A stretch of 64,000 nucleotides of DNA from Candidatus Dojkabacteria bacterium UBA2259 (GTDB lineage: Bacteria; Patescibacteriota; Dojkabacteria; SC72): NCBI GenBank assembly GCA_002347605.1, contig DDXN01000001.1, forward strand, positions 9,701 to 73,700, in the 5' to 3' direction. Position 1 is the stretch's first letter. Each line of letters starts with the position of its first letter. Position numbers and translations under genes: made by a program. Positions 50,409 to 59,092 of the stretch are shown one piece after another. The notes beneath the pieces were generated by a model. That model was not told the DNA's origin, made no database searches, and saw only the letters and a program-made list of their open reading frames with translations.

Positions 50409-51233
50409 ATGGACAACCAAATACAAACTGATAATCAAGAAACTCAAAACCCCAAAAAGGTTTCTATAAAAAGGATACTTATCGTCCTATGTATCATATT
50501 TTTACTATTTACCTCCCTTCTATTTGCATACCTTTATTATTCGGAGACACAGAAGGATATCAATACACCAGACCCTTCAAAGGCAGGAGCTGAAGATCAA
50601 CCCCAAGAGGATGAAGATAATCAAGCAAACGAGGATGATGAACAGGGAGATAAAAATCAAATAACTTTTAGATTTAGAGAGGAACTCCCAGACTTGTTAG
50701 TTAAATTAGATTATTTAGGAGAATTTGAAGAAGTAGGGGACCCTGTTTTCCCCTCACACCAATCATATTGCACTAGGGGTAGGGATGTGTATGTTCCTGA
50801 CTGTTTCTCTTATTATCCGAACAAAGAGATAATGATAAAATCTCTAGCAGATGACGAGACGATTGAATATCAAGATTTAAAGAAAGTTGCAAATATGAAT
50901 GATACCTATTACTTAAAAAGAGAGATTTCATGTGATGATTGTGATCCAACAGGCCGGGTTATTTCATGGACCCCAAAAATACAGGTAAAGGGCTACGAGG
51001 CAATACATATAACTTTTTATTATAATCCAACAGAGCTTGCTGGTGAAAAAACAGATTATAATAAAGATGCTTACTCTAGGGATGGTGGGGAAGATTGCGT
51101 AATTGATCTTAGCAAGATTCGTAGTACAGAAGAAGGATATTTGGTATTCTCCGGAATGCAAGCAGGAGAATCAAATATAGACTCCTGTGAGACATTAAAT
51201 AATATGACTACTTTTGAAATCAGCTTTCTTTAG
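50409..51233 (+). CDS. Hypothetical signal-anchored, acidic, Cys-rich secreted protein (paralogue of 52033-52794)
   Basis: N-terminal 55 aa align with the 52033 ORF (same polar head / TM / SETQKDINTPDPS vs SEVSRDTNSPDTS). An acidic QPQEDEDNQANEDDEQGD stretch follows, with at least 8 Cys in the extracytoplasmic part. Confidence 0.45.
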   Translation: MDNQIQTDNQETQNPKKVSIKRILIVLCIIFLLFTSLLFAYLYYSETQKDINTPDPSKAGAEDQPQEDEDNQANEDDEQGDKNQITFRFREELPDLLVKLDYLGEFEEVGDPVFPSHQSYCTRGRDVYVPDCFSYYPNKEIMIKSLADDETIEYQDLKKVANMNDTYYLKREISCDDCDPTGRVISWTPKIQVKGYEAIHITFYYNPTELAGEKTDYNKDAYSRDGGEDCVIDLSKIRSTEEGYLVFSGMQAGESNIDSCETLNNMTTFEISFL

Positions 51234-51460
51234 ATTAGAGGTTTAACGATATTTTGAATATACTCTTGTAGAACTATACAATCTTATCAATCAGTTTTAA
51301 ATCCAACGCCTGTTGAGCAGTTGGGTATATACCCATATTTGAATTAGCTTTTATCATCTCTTCAACCCCTAAAGAGTTTTCTTTGGAAAGATTTTTTGTT
51401 CTTGTGCAATTATACCTGTTGATATATATTTGATTATATTAAATTTTTAAAATACCCCCG

Positions 51461-51931
51461 ATGAAGAGAAAAGGCCTTCGAATTTTTGTTATCCTGGCAG
51501 TATCAATTTCTTTTCTAATATTATTCCTGTTACTAACGAAAGATTCCGATATACAAGAAACCATCGGTAGCAAAGTATTTACAAATATAAATAAGATATC
51601 TTGTATACGTGTAAACGATGATACACAGAGTCTCGAAGGTATTGAAGCATATGAAAACGGATCCAAAACAGTGGAGGGTATCCTATACGACGGAGGGGAC
51701 AAAGAAACTTTTATTTATACTCTTATAAAAAATGGAGATATTATTACCTTTCAGCATGCATATGCAGACGTATGCCTAGTGTCGGAGTCAGAAGATAGCG
51801 AATTGGACATCTTAACCTATAAAGTTAGGCAGGTATATTTCACAAGCAAGAAAAATGTTGAAAAATATACTTTCTCTGTAACGATAGATAAGAATACTAA
51901 CCAGGTTAAAGTAGTAACGCCAGGATTATAA
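51461..51931 (+). CDS. Hypothetical small signal-anchored protein
   Basis: 156 aa with an N-terminal TM. No motif. Confidence 0.4.
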   Translation: MKRKGLRIFVILAVSISFLILFLLLTKDSDIQETIGSKVFTNINKISCIRVNDDTQSLEGIEAYENGSKTVEGILYDGGDKETFIYTLIKNGDIITFQHAYADVCLVSESEDSELDILTYKVRQVYFTSKKNVEKYTFSVTIDKNTNQVKVVTPGL

Positions 51932-52032
51932 AAGGCTGGAAAGCTTTAAAAATAGTTATTTTAAAACCCTCCAATTGACGACCTCAGAATTTTACTTTAA
52001 ACTAGAAGTTAATAAAATTATATCTTAAACAA

Positions 52033-52794
52033 ATGGACGAACAAATTACTTCCGTTTCCCCTCAAAAGAGAATCTCCCTCAAAAGAGTTGTTGCGGTTTC
52101 TTTAATTGCCATTTTAGCATTTACATCTCTTGTTCTGGCATATCTATACCTTTCTGAGGTATCTAGAGACACTAATTCTCCTGACACATCAAGTACACAG
52201 GATGGAGAAAACGAGGAAACAGAAGAAGGGGTTATCTGCGACTTTGATAAGCTAAAAGGAGATGCACAAAAAGACAATGCCAGGGTTAAACTAGCATATG
52301 AATATATTCTAGAACCCAACGCTTCACCAGCAAGTCCTTATGCAGCATGTAAAGAAACATTAAAAACAACAATTAAGAATATTTTTACTGAGCAAGAAGA
52401 TATTACATCTGACAAAGAGGAGTTAGCAATGCTTAAATCGGAGATTGACGAAGATATGGTAAAGTATCTTATAGATGATATCTTTGTTGTATATACCCCC
52501 TATGGGAAAATATGGGAAGTCGATATAGTGAAAGAAACTGTTGATCTGCTTTGGGAGATAGAAAGTGAAAGCAGAATTGGAATTTATGATGCACATATCA
52601 TAAGTGAATATAATACTTCCAGAATGTTTTTCTCCACAAAAGTAGATGGACTTGGAGGAGCAACCGAAGAAGACAACGAGGCTATCGATAACTTGATAGA
52701 ACAATTGTGTAAGGAGAAAGATTTGGCAATATGGATGTATGACACTGCAACAGAGGCCGTAACAAGAATTGCAGATTCTGAACAATGTTTATAA
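52033..52794 (+). CDS. Hypothetical signal-anchored acidic protein (paralogue of 50409-51233)
   Basis: Conserved N-terminus with the 50409 ORF. Acidic segment STQDGENEETEEG. Four Cys. Confidence 0.45.
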   Translation: MDEQITSVSPQKRISLKRVVAVSLIAILAFTSLVLAYLYLSEVSRDTNSPDTSSTQDGENEETEEGVICDFDKLKGDAQKDNARVKLAYEYILEPNASPASPYAACKETLKTTIKNIFTEQEDITSDKEELAMLKSEIDEDMVKYLIDDIFVVYTPYGKIWEVDIVKETVDLLWEIESESRIGIYDAHIISEYNTSRMFFSTKVDGLGGATEEDNEAIDNLIEQLCKEKDLAIWMYDTATEAVTRIADSEQCL

Positions 52795-52949
52795 ATTGCT
52801 ATGTATTAGGAGTTGAATTTTACCAAAGGAAGATACTGTTTAAGTAGCTTGTGTATTTCTGGGTTATTCTCAAATGTAAGTAATTCTAATTCTCTATCTA
52901 AATCTATCCACTGGTTCTTTACTACAACACCATCTTCATATGTTTCGGG

Positions 52950-53327
52950 CTACTTTCCTTCTCCCTTAGAACTATTTAATAGAGCTAAGAAATAGTGATC
53001 TGGTTTCATTTGTATTTCATCCCAATCTATTTCATACGTACTTGAACCCAAATACCTTAATAACGTTATATCTGTATAGCCAGATTCCTCCATTACCTCT
53101 CTTAAGGCAGCCTCTTCTAAGCTCTCCTCTCCTTCTTTATGACCTTTAGGTAATACATACCTTTCATTACCATCTTGCCAAACCTTCTTTATTACTAGCA
53201 ATTGGATGTTGTTATTATCGTTTTTACGTACAAGATAACATCCCGCTGACGTATTAACTCTTCTTTGTTTTGCTAAAGACGAACTGTTTCCAATTCTTAT
53301 TGTTTTTGGTAATACATCATTTCCCAC
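52950..53327 (-). CDS. NUDIX hydrolase
   Basis: Nudix box GHKEGEESLEEAALREVMEESG (GX5EX7REVXEESG). Confidence 0.75.
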   Translation of the reverse strand: MGNDVLPKTIRIGNSSSLAKQRRVNTSAGCYLVRKNDNNNIQLLVIKKVWQDGNERYVLPKGHKEGEESLEEAALREVMEESGYTDITLLRYLGSSTYEIDWDEIQMKPDHYFLALLNSSKGEGK

Positions 53328-53521
53328 GTCAACTCTAATTAATTTAATTATTAAAGTATATCAAATTTGTGTAAGTAAGAAGATACCCACATTTTTAGTT
53401 CCTGTGTGGACAAAAGAAAAAGAGTTGCTATATAGGGGTTTTAGGTATATATATTACTATATTATTCCAGTTATCATATTATCGGCCGTTATCTACTGCT
53501 ATATTAAATCCCTTACATTTT

Positions 53522-54067
53522 TTGTATTATGTATATATGGGAGAGTCTGATTTAAATGCAGAAACAATTAATTTTGTTCCTACAATTCCAAAAGAAAAGA
53601 AGGAACCTAAAAATAAGCTGAAAATAACAGAAATAATGTTAATACTCTCAGCAGTAGGTATAGTCATATTTCTTGTCCTCCTTGCAATTAATCCAAACAA
53701 AGAGGCTGCAGAAGCAAGAAATTTAAAAAGATCTGCAGATATATCAACAATTCTTACATATGTGAGCTCTTTTGTTGTAGCTAATGACAAAACCATACCT
53801 ACAGAGATTCCTAAATCCATGACCTGTGTTGAATATACTCACGAAATATGTAAGACAGGACCGTATGACTGCACCGATTTAGTTAATATGGGTTTTCTGA
53901 CTAAGGAAGGTGACGAAGAGTTAGTTAATATTCCTAACGACCCCCTTTACATTTCAGTGAATGGTACAGGGTATTTCATATCTCATGATGGAGGAGGTAG
54001 TGTTACTGTTTGTGCCCCTCACGCAGAAAGAAATGAACAGATATCATTTTCTAAATACATGTATTAG
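53522..54067 (+). CDS. Hypothetical signal-anchored protein, weakly pilin/pseudopilin-like
   Basis: A charged N-terminus, then KLKITEIMLILSAVGIVIFLVLLAINPNKEAAEA. The hydrophobic helix followed by P..K..A resembles the ComGC/pseudopilin layout, but there is no canonical G/FTLIE cleavage motif. Confidence 0.3.
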   Translation: MYYVYMGESDLNAETINFVPTIPKEKKEPKNKLKITEIMLILSAVGIVIFLVLLAINPNKEAAEARNLKRSADISTILTYVSSFVVANDKTIPTEIPKSMTCVEYTHEICKTGPYDCTDLVNMGFLTKEGDEELVNIPNDPLYISVNGTGYFISHDGGGSVTVCAPHAERNEQISFSKYMY

Positions 54068-54086
54068 AATGTAATTAGATATATCT

Positions 54087-55043
54087 ATGAACAAAGAAAT
54101 AACAAAACTAAAGGTTAAGGAAAGGGAGTTAATAATACTGGTATCTGTTTTTCTTTTTCTCTTGTTTGCATACCTATCTGGGAATTTTGCTTGGATGAAG
54201 GACTTTCAGCGCTTAGTAGACCTGTTTGCAAGCGTATTTGCTTTTTTCATTGGAATTCTAGCACTAGTTCGCTTCTATACAAAGAAAACATATACAAACT
54301 ATCTGCTATTAGGTTTGGGATTTCTCACAATCTCTGTTTTAGATGGTTTTCAATTACTACTCTCATTTGAAGGATTTTCGGAATTTCTCTCAGTTAATAC
54401 ATCTGAAATGTTTCCAAGCAGTATTGTACTCTCAAGAGTTTTTCTCTCTTTGATTTTCTTTTTTAGCTGGATTCTAATGAAAGAGGAAAAGATAGTAAAA
54501 AGTTTTAAAGAGAAAGCTGCTTTTGCATCACTATTATTCTCCGTTTCTCTGTTTACAATAGTTGTTTCAACCTTTACCAATTTTTTTGAAGGTTTTGAAT
54601 CATATACTTTTGCTATAGCGATGCAAACAATTGCCCTTATGGTGTATCTGATAACACTACTTGGTTACACACAAAGCAAGGGGATGTATAAACGAAATTT
54701 TGATTTTTGGATAGTATTTTCACTAACCTTTTCAATTCTTGCACAGATATTTTTCCTCCCATACTTAAATATTGAATACGAATTAATGTTAAACCTTTCA
54801 ACATTAGCAAAGTTCTTTAGTTATACAATACTGATGATAGGGTTTCTTTCTAGCATATATGAGATGTACAAAAGCGAAGAGAGAGCTCAAAATGAATTAA
54901 AAAGAAAAAATATGCTTCTTACTTTAACTAAAAAGAAAGTAGAGGAGGCGTATATGATTTTAAGGGAAGAGAAGTGGAAAATATCTAAAGAACAGAAAAA
55001 GAAAAGTACAGACAAGATATTTAAAGATATATTAAAGAAGTAA
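54087..55043 (+). CDS. Hypothetical polytopic membrane protein (about 7 TM) with C-terminal coiled-coil
   Basis: Resembles a membrane sensor module but has no kinase or other output domain. Confidence 0.45.
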   Translation: MNKEITKLKVKERELIILVSVFLFLLFAYLSGNFAWMKDFQRLVDLFASVFAFFIGILALVRFYTKKTYTNYLLLGLGFLTISVLDGFQLLLSFEGFSEFLSVNTSEMFPSSIVLSRVFLSLIFFFSWILMKEEKIVKSFKEKAAFASLLFSVSLFTIVVSTFTNFFEGFESYTFAIAMQTIALMVYLITLLGYTQSKGMYKRNFDFWIVFSLTFSILAQIFFLPYLNIEYELMLNLSTLAKFFSYTILMIGFLSSIYEMYKSEERAQNELKRKNMLLTLTKKKVEEAYMILREEKWKISKEQKKKSTDKIFKDILKK

Positions 55044-55044
55044 T

Positions 55045-55773
55045 ATGTACTCTCCTAAGATAAAGAGGTATCAAAAGAAGTTTGAATATTCATATGCCTT
55101 TGGTGCGTATCCTGTATTAGATTTACTTAAACAGTATCCAGACAAAGTTTACAAGATTATACTATCAAGAGATGGGCTAAGTAGTGATGGGATAGAAGAG
55201 ATAGGGGGCATATGTAAAGAGAAGAATATATTTGTGGAGGTAAATGACAGGTTAATAGAAAAGATAGCCGTAAAGGAGAACACATACGTTGTTGGAGTAT
55301 TTAAAAAGTATGAGCTACATATTCAAGAGAATGAAAACCATGTTGTTTTAGTTAACCCTTCTAATATGGGAAATCTTGGAACCATTATTAGAACAATGTT
55401 GGGTTTTGGATTTAGAGATTTAGCAATAATTAGACCAGGCGTAGATATCTTTGATCCATTGGTTATTAGATCTACAATGGGAGCTATCTTTAAAATTAGG
55501 TTTGAATATTTTAGTAGTATAGAAGAATATTTAGAGAGGTTTCCTAAGCAGAATAAATATGCATTTATGTTAAAGGGAAGCAAAAGTATCAAAGAGATAG
55601 AATTTGTTAAGCCGTATTCCATAATACAAGGTAATGAATCAAAGGGATTAGATAGTTCATATTTGAATATTGGTCAGAGTGTATATATTCCTCATGGGAA
55701 AGAAATAGACTCTTTAAATCTTTCAGTAGCAACGGCAATTAGTTTGTGGGAGGCTTCCCAAAAGAGTAGGTAG
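55045..55773 (+). CDS. TrmH/SpoU-family RNA 2'-O-methyltransferase
   Basis: SPOUT motifs VVLVNPSNMGNLGTIIRTMLGFG, IIQGNESKGL and IPHGKEIDSLNLSVATAI. Confidence 0.85.
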   Translation: MYSPKIKRYQKKFEYSYAFGAYPVLDLLKQYPDKVYKIILSRDGLSSDGIEEIGGICKEKNIFVEVNDRLIEKIAVKENTYVVGVFKKYELHIQENENHVVLVNPSNMGNLGTIIRTMLGFGFRDLAIIRPGVDIFDPLVIRSTMGAIFKIRFEYFSSIEEYLERFPKQNKYAFMLKGSKSIKEIEFVKPYSIIQGNESKGLDSSYLNIGQSVYIPHGKEIDSLNLSVATAISLWEASQKSR

Positions 55774-55828
55774 TATAATAGTAAGATTTGTGTTATTATT
55801 GTATATTAAATTATACAAATTTAACACA

Positions 55829-56137
55829 AATATGAACAAAGTAAAAACATACAAAAGTATTACAAAACAGATAACATTTCCACAAAAGTTGATGGACAGA
55901 GTTGAGAGTAAGGCTGAAAGTTTAGGGTATTCTCTTCCTGCATATGTTAGATATGTACTTACCAAGGAGATTGAAAAACAATCATATCCAGTACTTGATG
56001 GTGTAGTGATAGATGAAGAGATGGTCAATAGTCTTAAAAAGGGTATAAAAGAACACAAGGAAGGGAAATCAAAAGAGCTCAAAAGTGTAAAAGATATTGA
56101 AATGTTCTGTAGGGGGATTTTGAAAGATGAGAATTAA
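55829..56137 (+). CDS. DinJ/RelB-family antitoxin
   Basis: ITFPQKLMDRVESKAESLGYSLPAYVRYVL resembles the DinJ N-terminal ribbon-helix-helix (IDEDLKNQAADVLAGMGLTISDLVRITL). The ORF track starts at 55790 (MLLLYIK...), but the ATG at 55829 (MNKVKTYK...) is the more likely start. Overlaps the toxin gene by 11 nt. Confidence 0.6.
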   Translation, partial: NMNKVKTYKSITKQITFPQKLMDRVESKAESLGYSLPAYVRYVLTKEIEKQSYPVLDGVVIDEEMVNSLKKGIKEHKEGKSKELKSVKDIEMFCRGILKDEN

Positions 56138-56420
56138 ATATCCCTTTAAATATACCCAAGACTTCTATTATAATTTCAAAAGGATTGCGAAAAAGGATAG
56201 GCGTTTAATAATTAGTATAGAAAAAGTTTTAAAGACACTATCTATAGAACCTTTTTCAAAATCTCTCAGAACTCATTATGTGGAAGTATCTTCTCTAGGA
56301 AAGGTATATAGCTCAAGAGTAAATGGAGATATCCGAATCTTATGGATAATTGATAATCAAGGGACCATTCTTATTCTAAGAGTCGGTAGTCACTCTGGTA
56401 GTTCAAAGGTATATAGATAA
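56127..56420 (+). CDS. RelE/YafQ-family mRNA interferase toxin
   Basis: C-terminus GDIRILWIIDNQGTILILRVGSHSGSSKVY parallels the RelE YRLVYQVIDEKVVVFVISVGKRERSEVY. 97 aa. Confidence 0.7.
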   Translation: MRIKYPFKYTQDFYYNFKRIAKKDRRLIISIEKVLKTLSIEPFSKSLRTHYVEVSSLGKVYSSRVNGDIRILWIIDNQGTILILRVGSHSGSSKVYR

Positions 56421-56451
56421 ATGGTATAATATACACGTTCTTTAAGAATAT

Positions 56452-56863
56452 GGGGACGTTAGGCTTTCGACAGAAGTATATAGGTGCTGTTGTCACAAAT
56501 CGTTTTTTAGTTCGTAAAACTAAAACACAGATAAGTGTAGAAAACAAACTTAACGCTTTTGCAAGTAAGCTAAGGGCTGCATTTATTGCACCTTCTTATG
56601 CTTACAATTTTGCATAAGTTTGATCAATTAATTTTGGTCAATGTCTACCTTTCTTATCCCTAGTTAGGGGAGATAGACAGTCGTTACTAGGGTATAGTAT
56701 GTATTCTTTGTCAGTAGAGGATCCATAGTGAATATAATTACTGAGTAGGTTATACTTTTTGTTAGATTTTTTAGTGTAATCTAGCTATATAAATCTAAAT
56801 ATATTTGTAAATGACATTGTACTTAGCTTTTGGACGTGGGTTCAAATCCCACCGTCTCCACCA
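56452..56863 (+). ncRNA. ssrA: tmRNA (ssrA)
   Basis: 5' GGGGACGUUAGGCUUUCGACAG... and 3' ...GGACGUGGGUUCAAAUCCCACCGUCUCCACCA closely resemble Bacillus-type tmRNA ends (from memory). The acceptor 5' GGGGACG pairs with 3' CGUCUCC, including the G3:U70 alanine identity pair. A T-arm and encoded CCA are present. The tag ORF is not assigned with confidence. Confidence 0.75.
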
Positions 56864-58412
56864 TATCAGGTTCGTTATTGGTAATTGCTTCAAAAAGGGT
56901 TATTGGAAGAGAATAGTTAGGGGTTCGATAACCCTCTATTTTGTCATACTCTAAATTCGTATCAAAGATAAAAGAAAAGAACTTCTGTTTTTGATATACA
57001 TCGTAGTTTTCCCATACAGTATAAGGTTTCTGTAAAACCTCAAGAACTTCTTTAGAAGAGGTTCGATAAGGAATAGAGTAATCAACATCTGTCTTTATTC
57101 TGTTTTCCAGTATCTCTACCTCTTCTCCATATTTCTGAATTTGTTTTTCGTATTGTTTTAACACGGTTGAATTAGTGGTTCTAATTGCGAAAGAGGCGTA
57201 TTTCTCTATTTCGTGTTCTATTTTCTCCTTGTTTCCTATGTCTTCTTCTCTTGCGTTTTGGAGGTTACCTATCTCTATCTTCCAAGCATCTTCAAAGATA
57301 GCAAGGGATAGGTTTATTAGGTCCTCTGACGCCCTGATTTGACCTAGAAGGGCACTAAAACCTGCATGTATGTCTTCTGCCCTAATGCTTTTCCCATACA
57401 TCTCACACTCCTTGTTGGCACATTTGTAATAAGGGTGTAGTTTCCCTGTTTTACTTCTAGAAGATGCACCTGTCAGTTTCTTCCCGCAACAAGCACAGTT
57501 AATTAATCCTCTGAGGAAAAAATCCTCTCTTATATCTTTTCTTACAAAGGAAGGTGTTTTACCTTCTAAGATTTTCTGATTTCTTTCAAAGGTCTTAATA
57601 TCTATAATACCCTTATGATGTCCCTCCCTTCTAATTACTTCCCATTTTGGAAACTCTATATAACCTGCATAAAAGGGGTTCTTAAGAAGGTTTGTAAAGG
57701 TTACAATCCCTTTGTTGGCGTGTTGGTTGTTGCTTATAACACCTTTCTTTTGGAGATATCTTACAGCATCAATTTTATTTTCGAATCTTCTATTAGCAAA
57801 ACCCTCTAACGCCCCTTTAATAAACTCTGCATTCCTTGTAGGGATATCTATAGTCCCATGTATAGGGTCTTTTATTTTCTTGTATCCTAGAGGCGCACAG
57901 AACGCCCAATAACCGTTTCTAAGTCGTGCTTGTTGTTTCTGTATCACTTGTCTTTGGTTTTGTTGTCTTTCTAGTTGATTATGTGCCGCCTGCAATGTCT
58001 CAAAGTAGATTCCCTCAGGAGTATCATCAAAATCGTAATTCAAACACAATAGAATAACATCTCTAATTTTTAAGGCACTTCGTAATTTAATATGACCTTC
58101 GGTATCTCTTGCAAACCTCTTAAGGTCATCAAATACAACAACAAAACTTTTATGCGGATTTTTATCTATATACTCTAGCATCTCTCTCATTGCGGGTCTT
58201 TTCATAAAATCTCCTCCCCCTGTAAAACTGTCAAAGAAACTCCTTTCATAAGGGATGTTTTCTTCTCTTAATTTGGATAAGCACCTTTCTTCTTGACTCT
58301 CTAATCCATGTCCTTCCGTTCTCTGTTTTCTTGCAGATACCCTTGCATATATTAATCCAACTTTGTTTTTATAAAGGTTGTTATTGCGAAACGAACCCAT
58401 TTCACTATCCAT
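56823..58412 (-). CDS. Large serine recombinase (phage-type integrase)
   Basis: N-terminal resolvase catalytic domain GLIYARVSARKQRTEGHGLESQEE with the catalytic Ser in YARVS. Also a recombinase domain, a zinc ribbon CACCGKKL...YYKCANKEC and a C-terminal coiled-coil. The last ~13 codons overlap the ssrA 3' end. Confidence 0.85.
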   Translation of the reverse strand: MDSEMGSFRNNNLYKNKVGLIYARVSARKQRTEGHGLESQEERCLSKLREENIPYERSFFDSFTGGGDFMKRPAMREMLEYIDKNPHKSFVVVFDDLKRFARDTEGHIKLRSALKIRDVILLCLNYDFDDTPEGIYFETLQAAHNQLERQQNQRQVIQKQQARLRNGYWAFCAPLGYKKIKDPIHGTIDIPTRNAEFIKGALEGFANRRFENKIDAVRYLQKKGVISNNQHANKGIVTFTNLLKNPFYAGYIEFPKWEVIRREGHHKGIIDIKTFERNQKILEGKTPSFVRKDIREDFFLRGLINCACCGKKLTGASSRSKTGKLHPYYKCANKECEMYGKSIRAEDIHAGFSALLGQIRASEDLINLSLAIFEDAWKIEIGNLQNAREEDIGNKEKIEHEIEKYASFAIRTTNSTVLKQYEKQIQKYGEEVEILENRIKTDVDYSIPYRTSSKEVLEVLQKPYTVWENYDVYQKQKFFSFIFDTNLEYDKIEGYRTPNYSLPITLFEAITNNEPDMVETVGFEPTSKS

Positions 58413-58887
58413 TTCTTTTTAATTCTAAGAGTTTATTTATTGCTTTATACATGCGATTCTCTATCGAGGTCTCATATCTTGCATAATAAGAGGATAAATA
58501 CTCCATGTGAGATGTTGTAACTACTGGTTTATAACCGTCCCTTTCTTTAAAAGTATCTAAATCAAGTAGTTTTGATACTATTGTTGGGTCGATGGCGGTC
58601 TTCATTAGTTCTGCTTCTGCTTTTGCAACTCTTAAAAGTTTTATATAGGCAACTGAGATTCTTTCTATCAAAATCTCTTCTAGAGTGTTTTTAGGTGGGA
58701 AATCTTGAGATAGTGAATTATAAAAATTAAGGAAATCAAACTCCTCATACTCAGATACACTTTTTTTTAAGATACCATGCTTAACTGCATTGAATCTTGA
58801 TACCTCTTTTCCTTCTTCGGTTTTGACTCCTCCCAATTTACTGTTTTCCCTGTTCGCCTCTAACTGTTTTTCTGTTATGTTCTTCAT
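58405..58887 (-). CDS. Hypothetical protein (island cargo)
   Basis: 160-aa ORF overlapping the recombinase start by 8 nt. No motif. Confidence 0.4.
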   Translation of the reverse strand: MKNITEKQLEANRENSKLGGVKTEEGKEVSRFNAVKHGILKKSVSEYEEFDFLNFYNSLSQDFPPKNTLEEILIERISVAYIKLLRVAKAEAELMKTAIDPTIVSKLLDLDTFKERDGYKPVVTTSHMEYLSSYYARYETSIENRMYKAINKLLELKRNG

Positions 58888-59053
58888 AAATCTTAATGTT
58901 TTTATTTATTATCTCTTTTGCTAAGGAATATATGTAATATCTGATTTTTTCAATGTCATCATTGCTTATATCCCTAGTGGGAAGGTATTCCCGACATTTT
59001 TCTACACTTAACATTTTATGTAATGGATAATCTGGTTCTAGGGTTTCTAGCAA
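58838..59053 (-). CDS. Hypothetical small protein
   Basis: 71-aa ORF. Weak support. Confidence 0.25.
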   Translation of the reverse strand: MLETLEPDYPLHKMLSVEKCREYLPTRDISNDDIEKIRYYIYSLAKEIINKNIKIYEEHNRKTVRGEQGKQ

Positions 59054-59092
59054 CTCAGATTAATAAGTAAGGGTTTCGATTTGTTCGACAAC

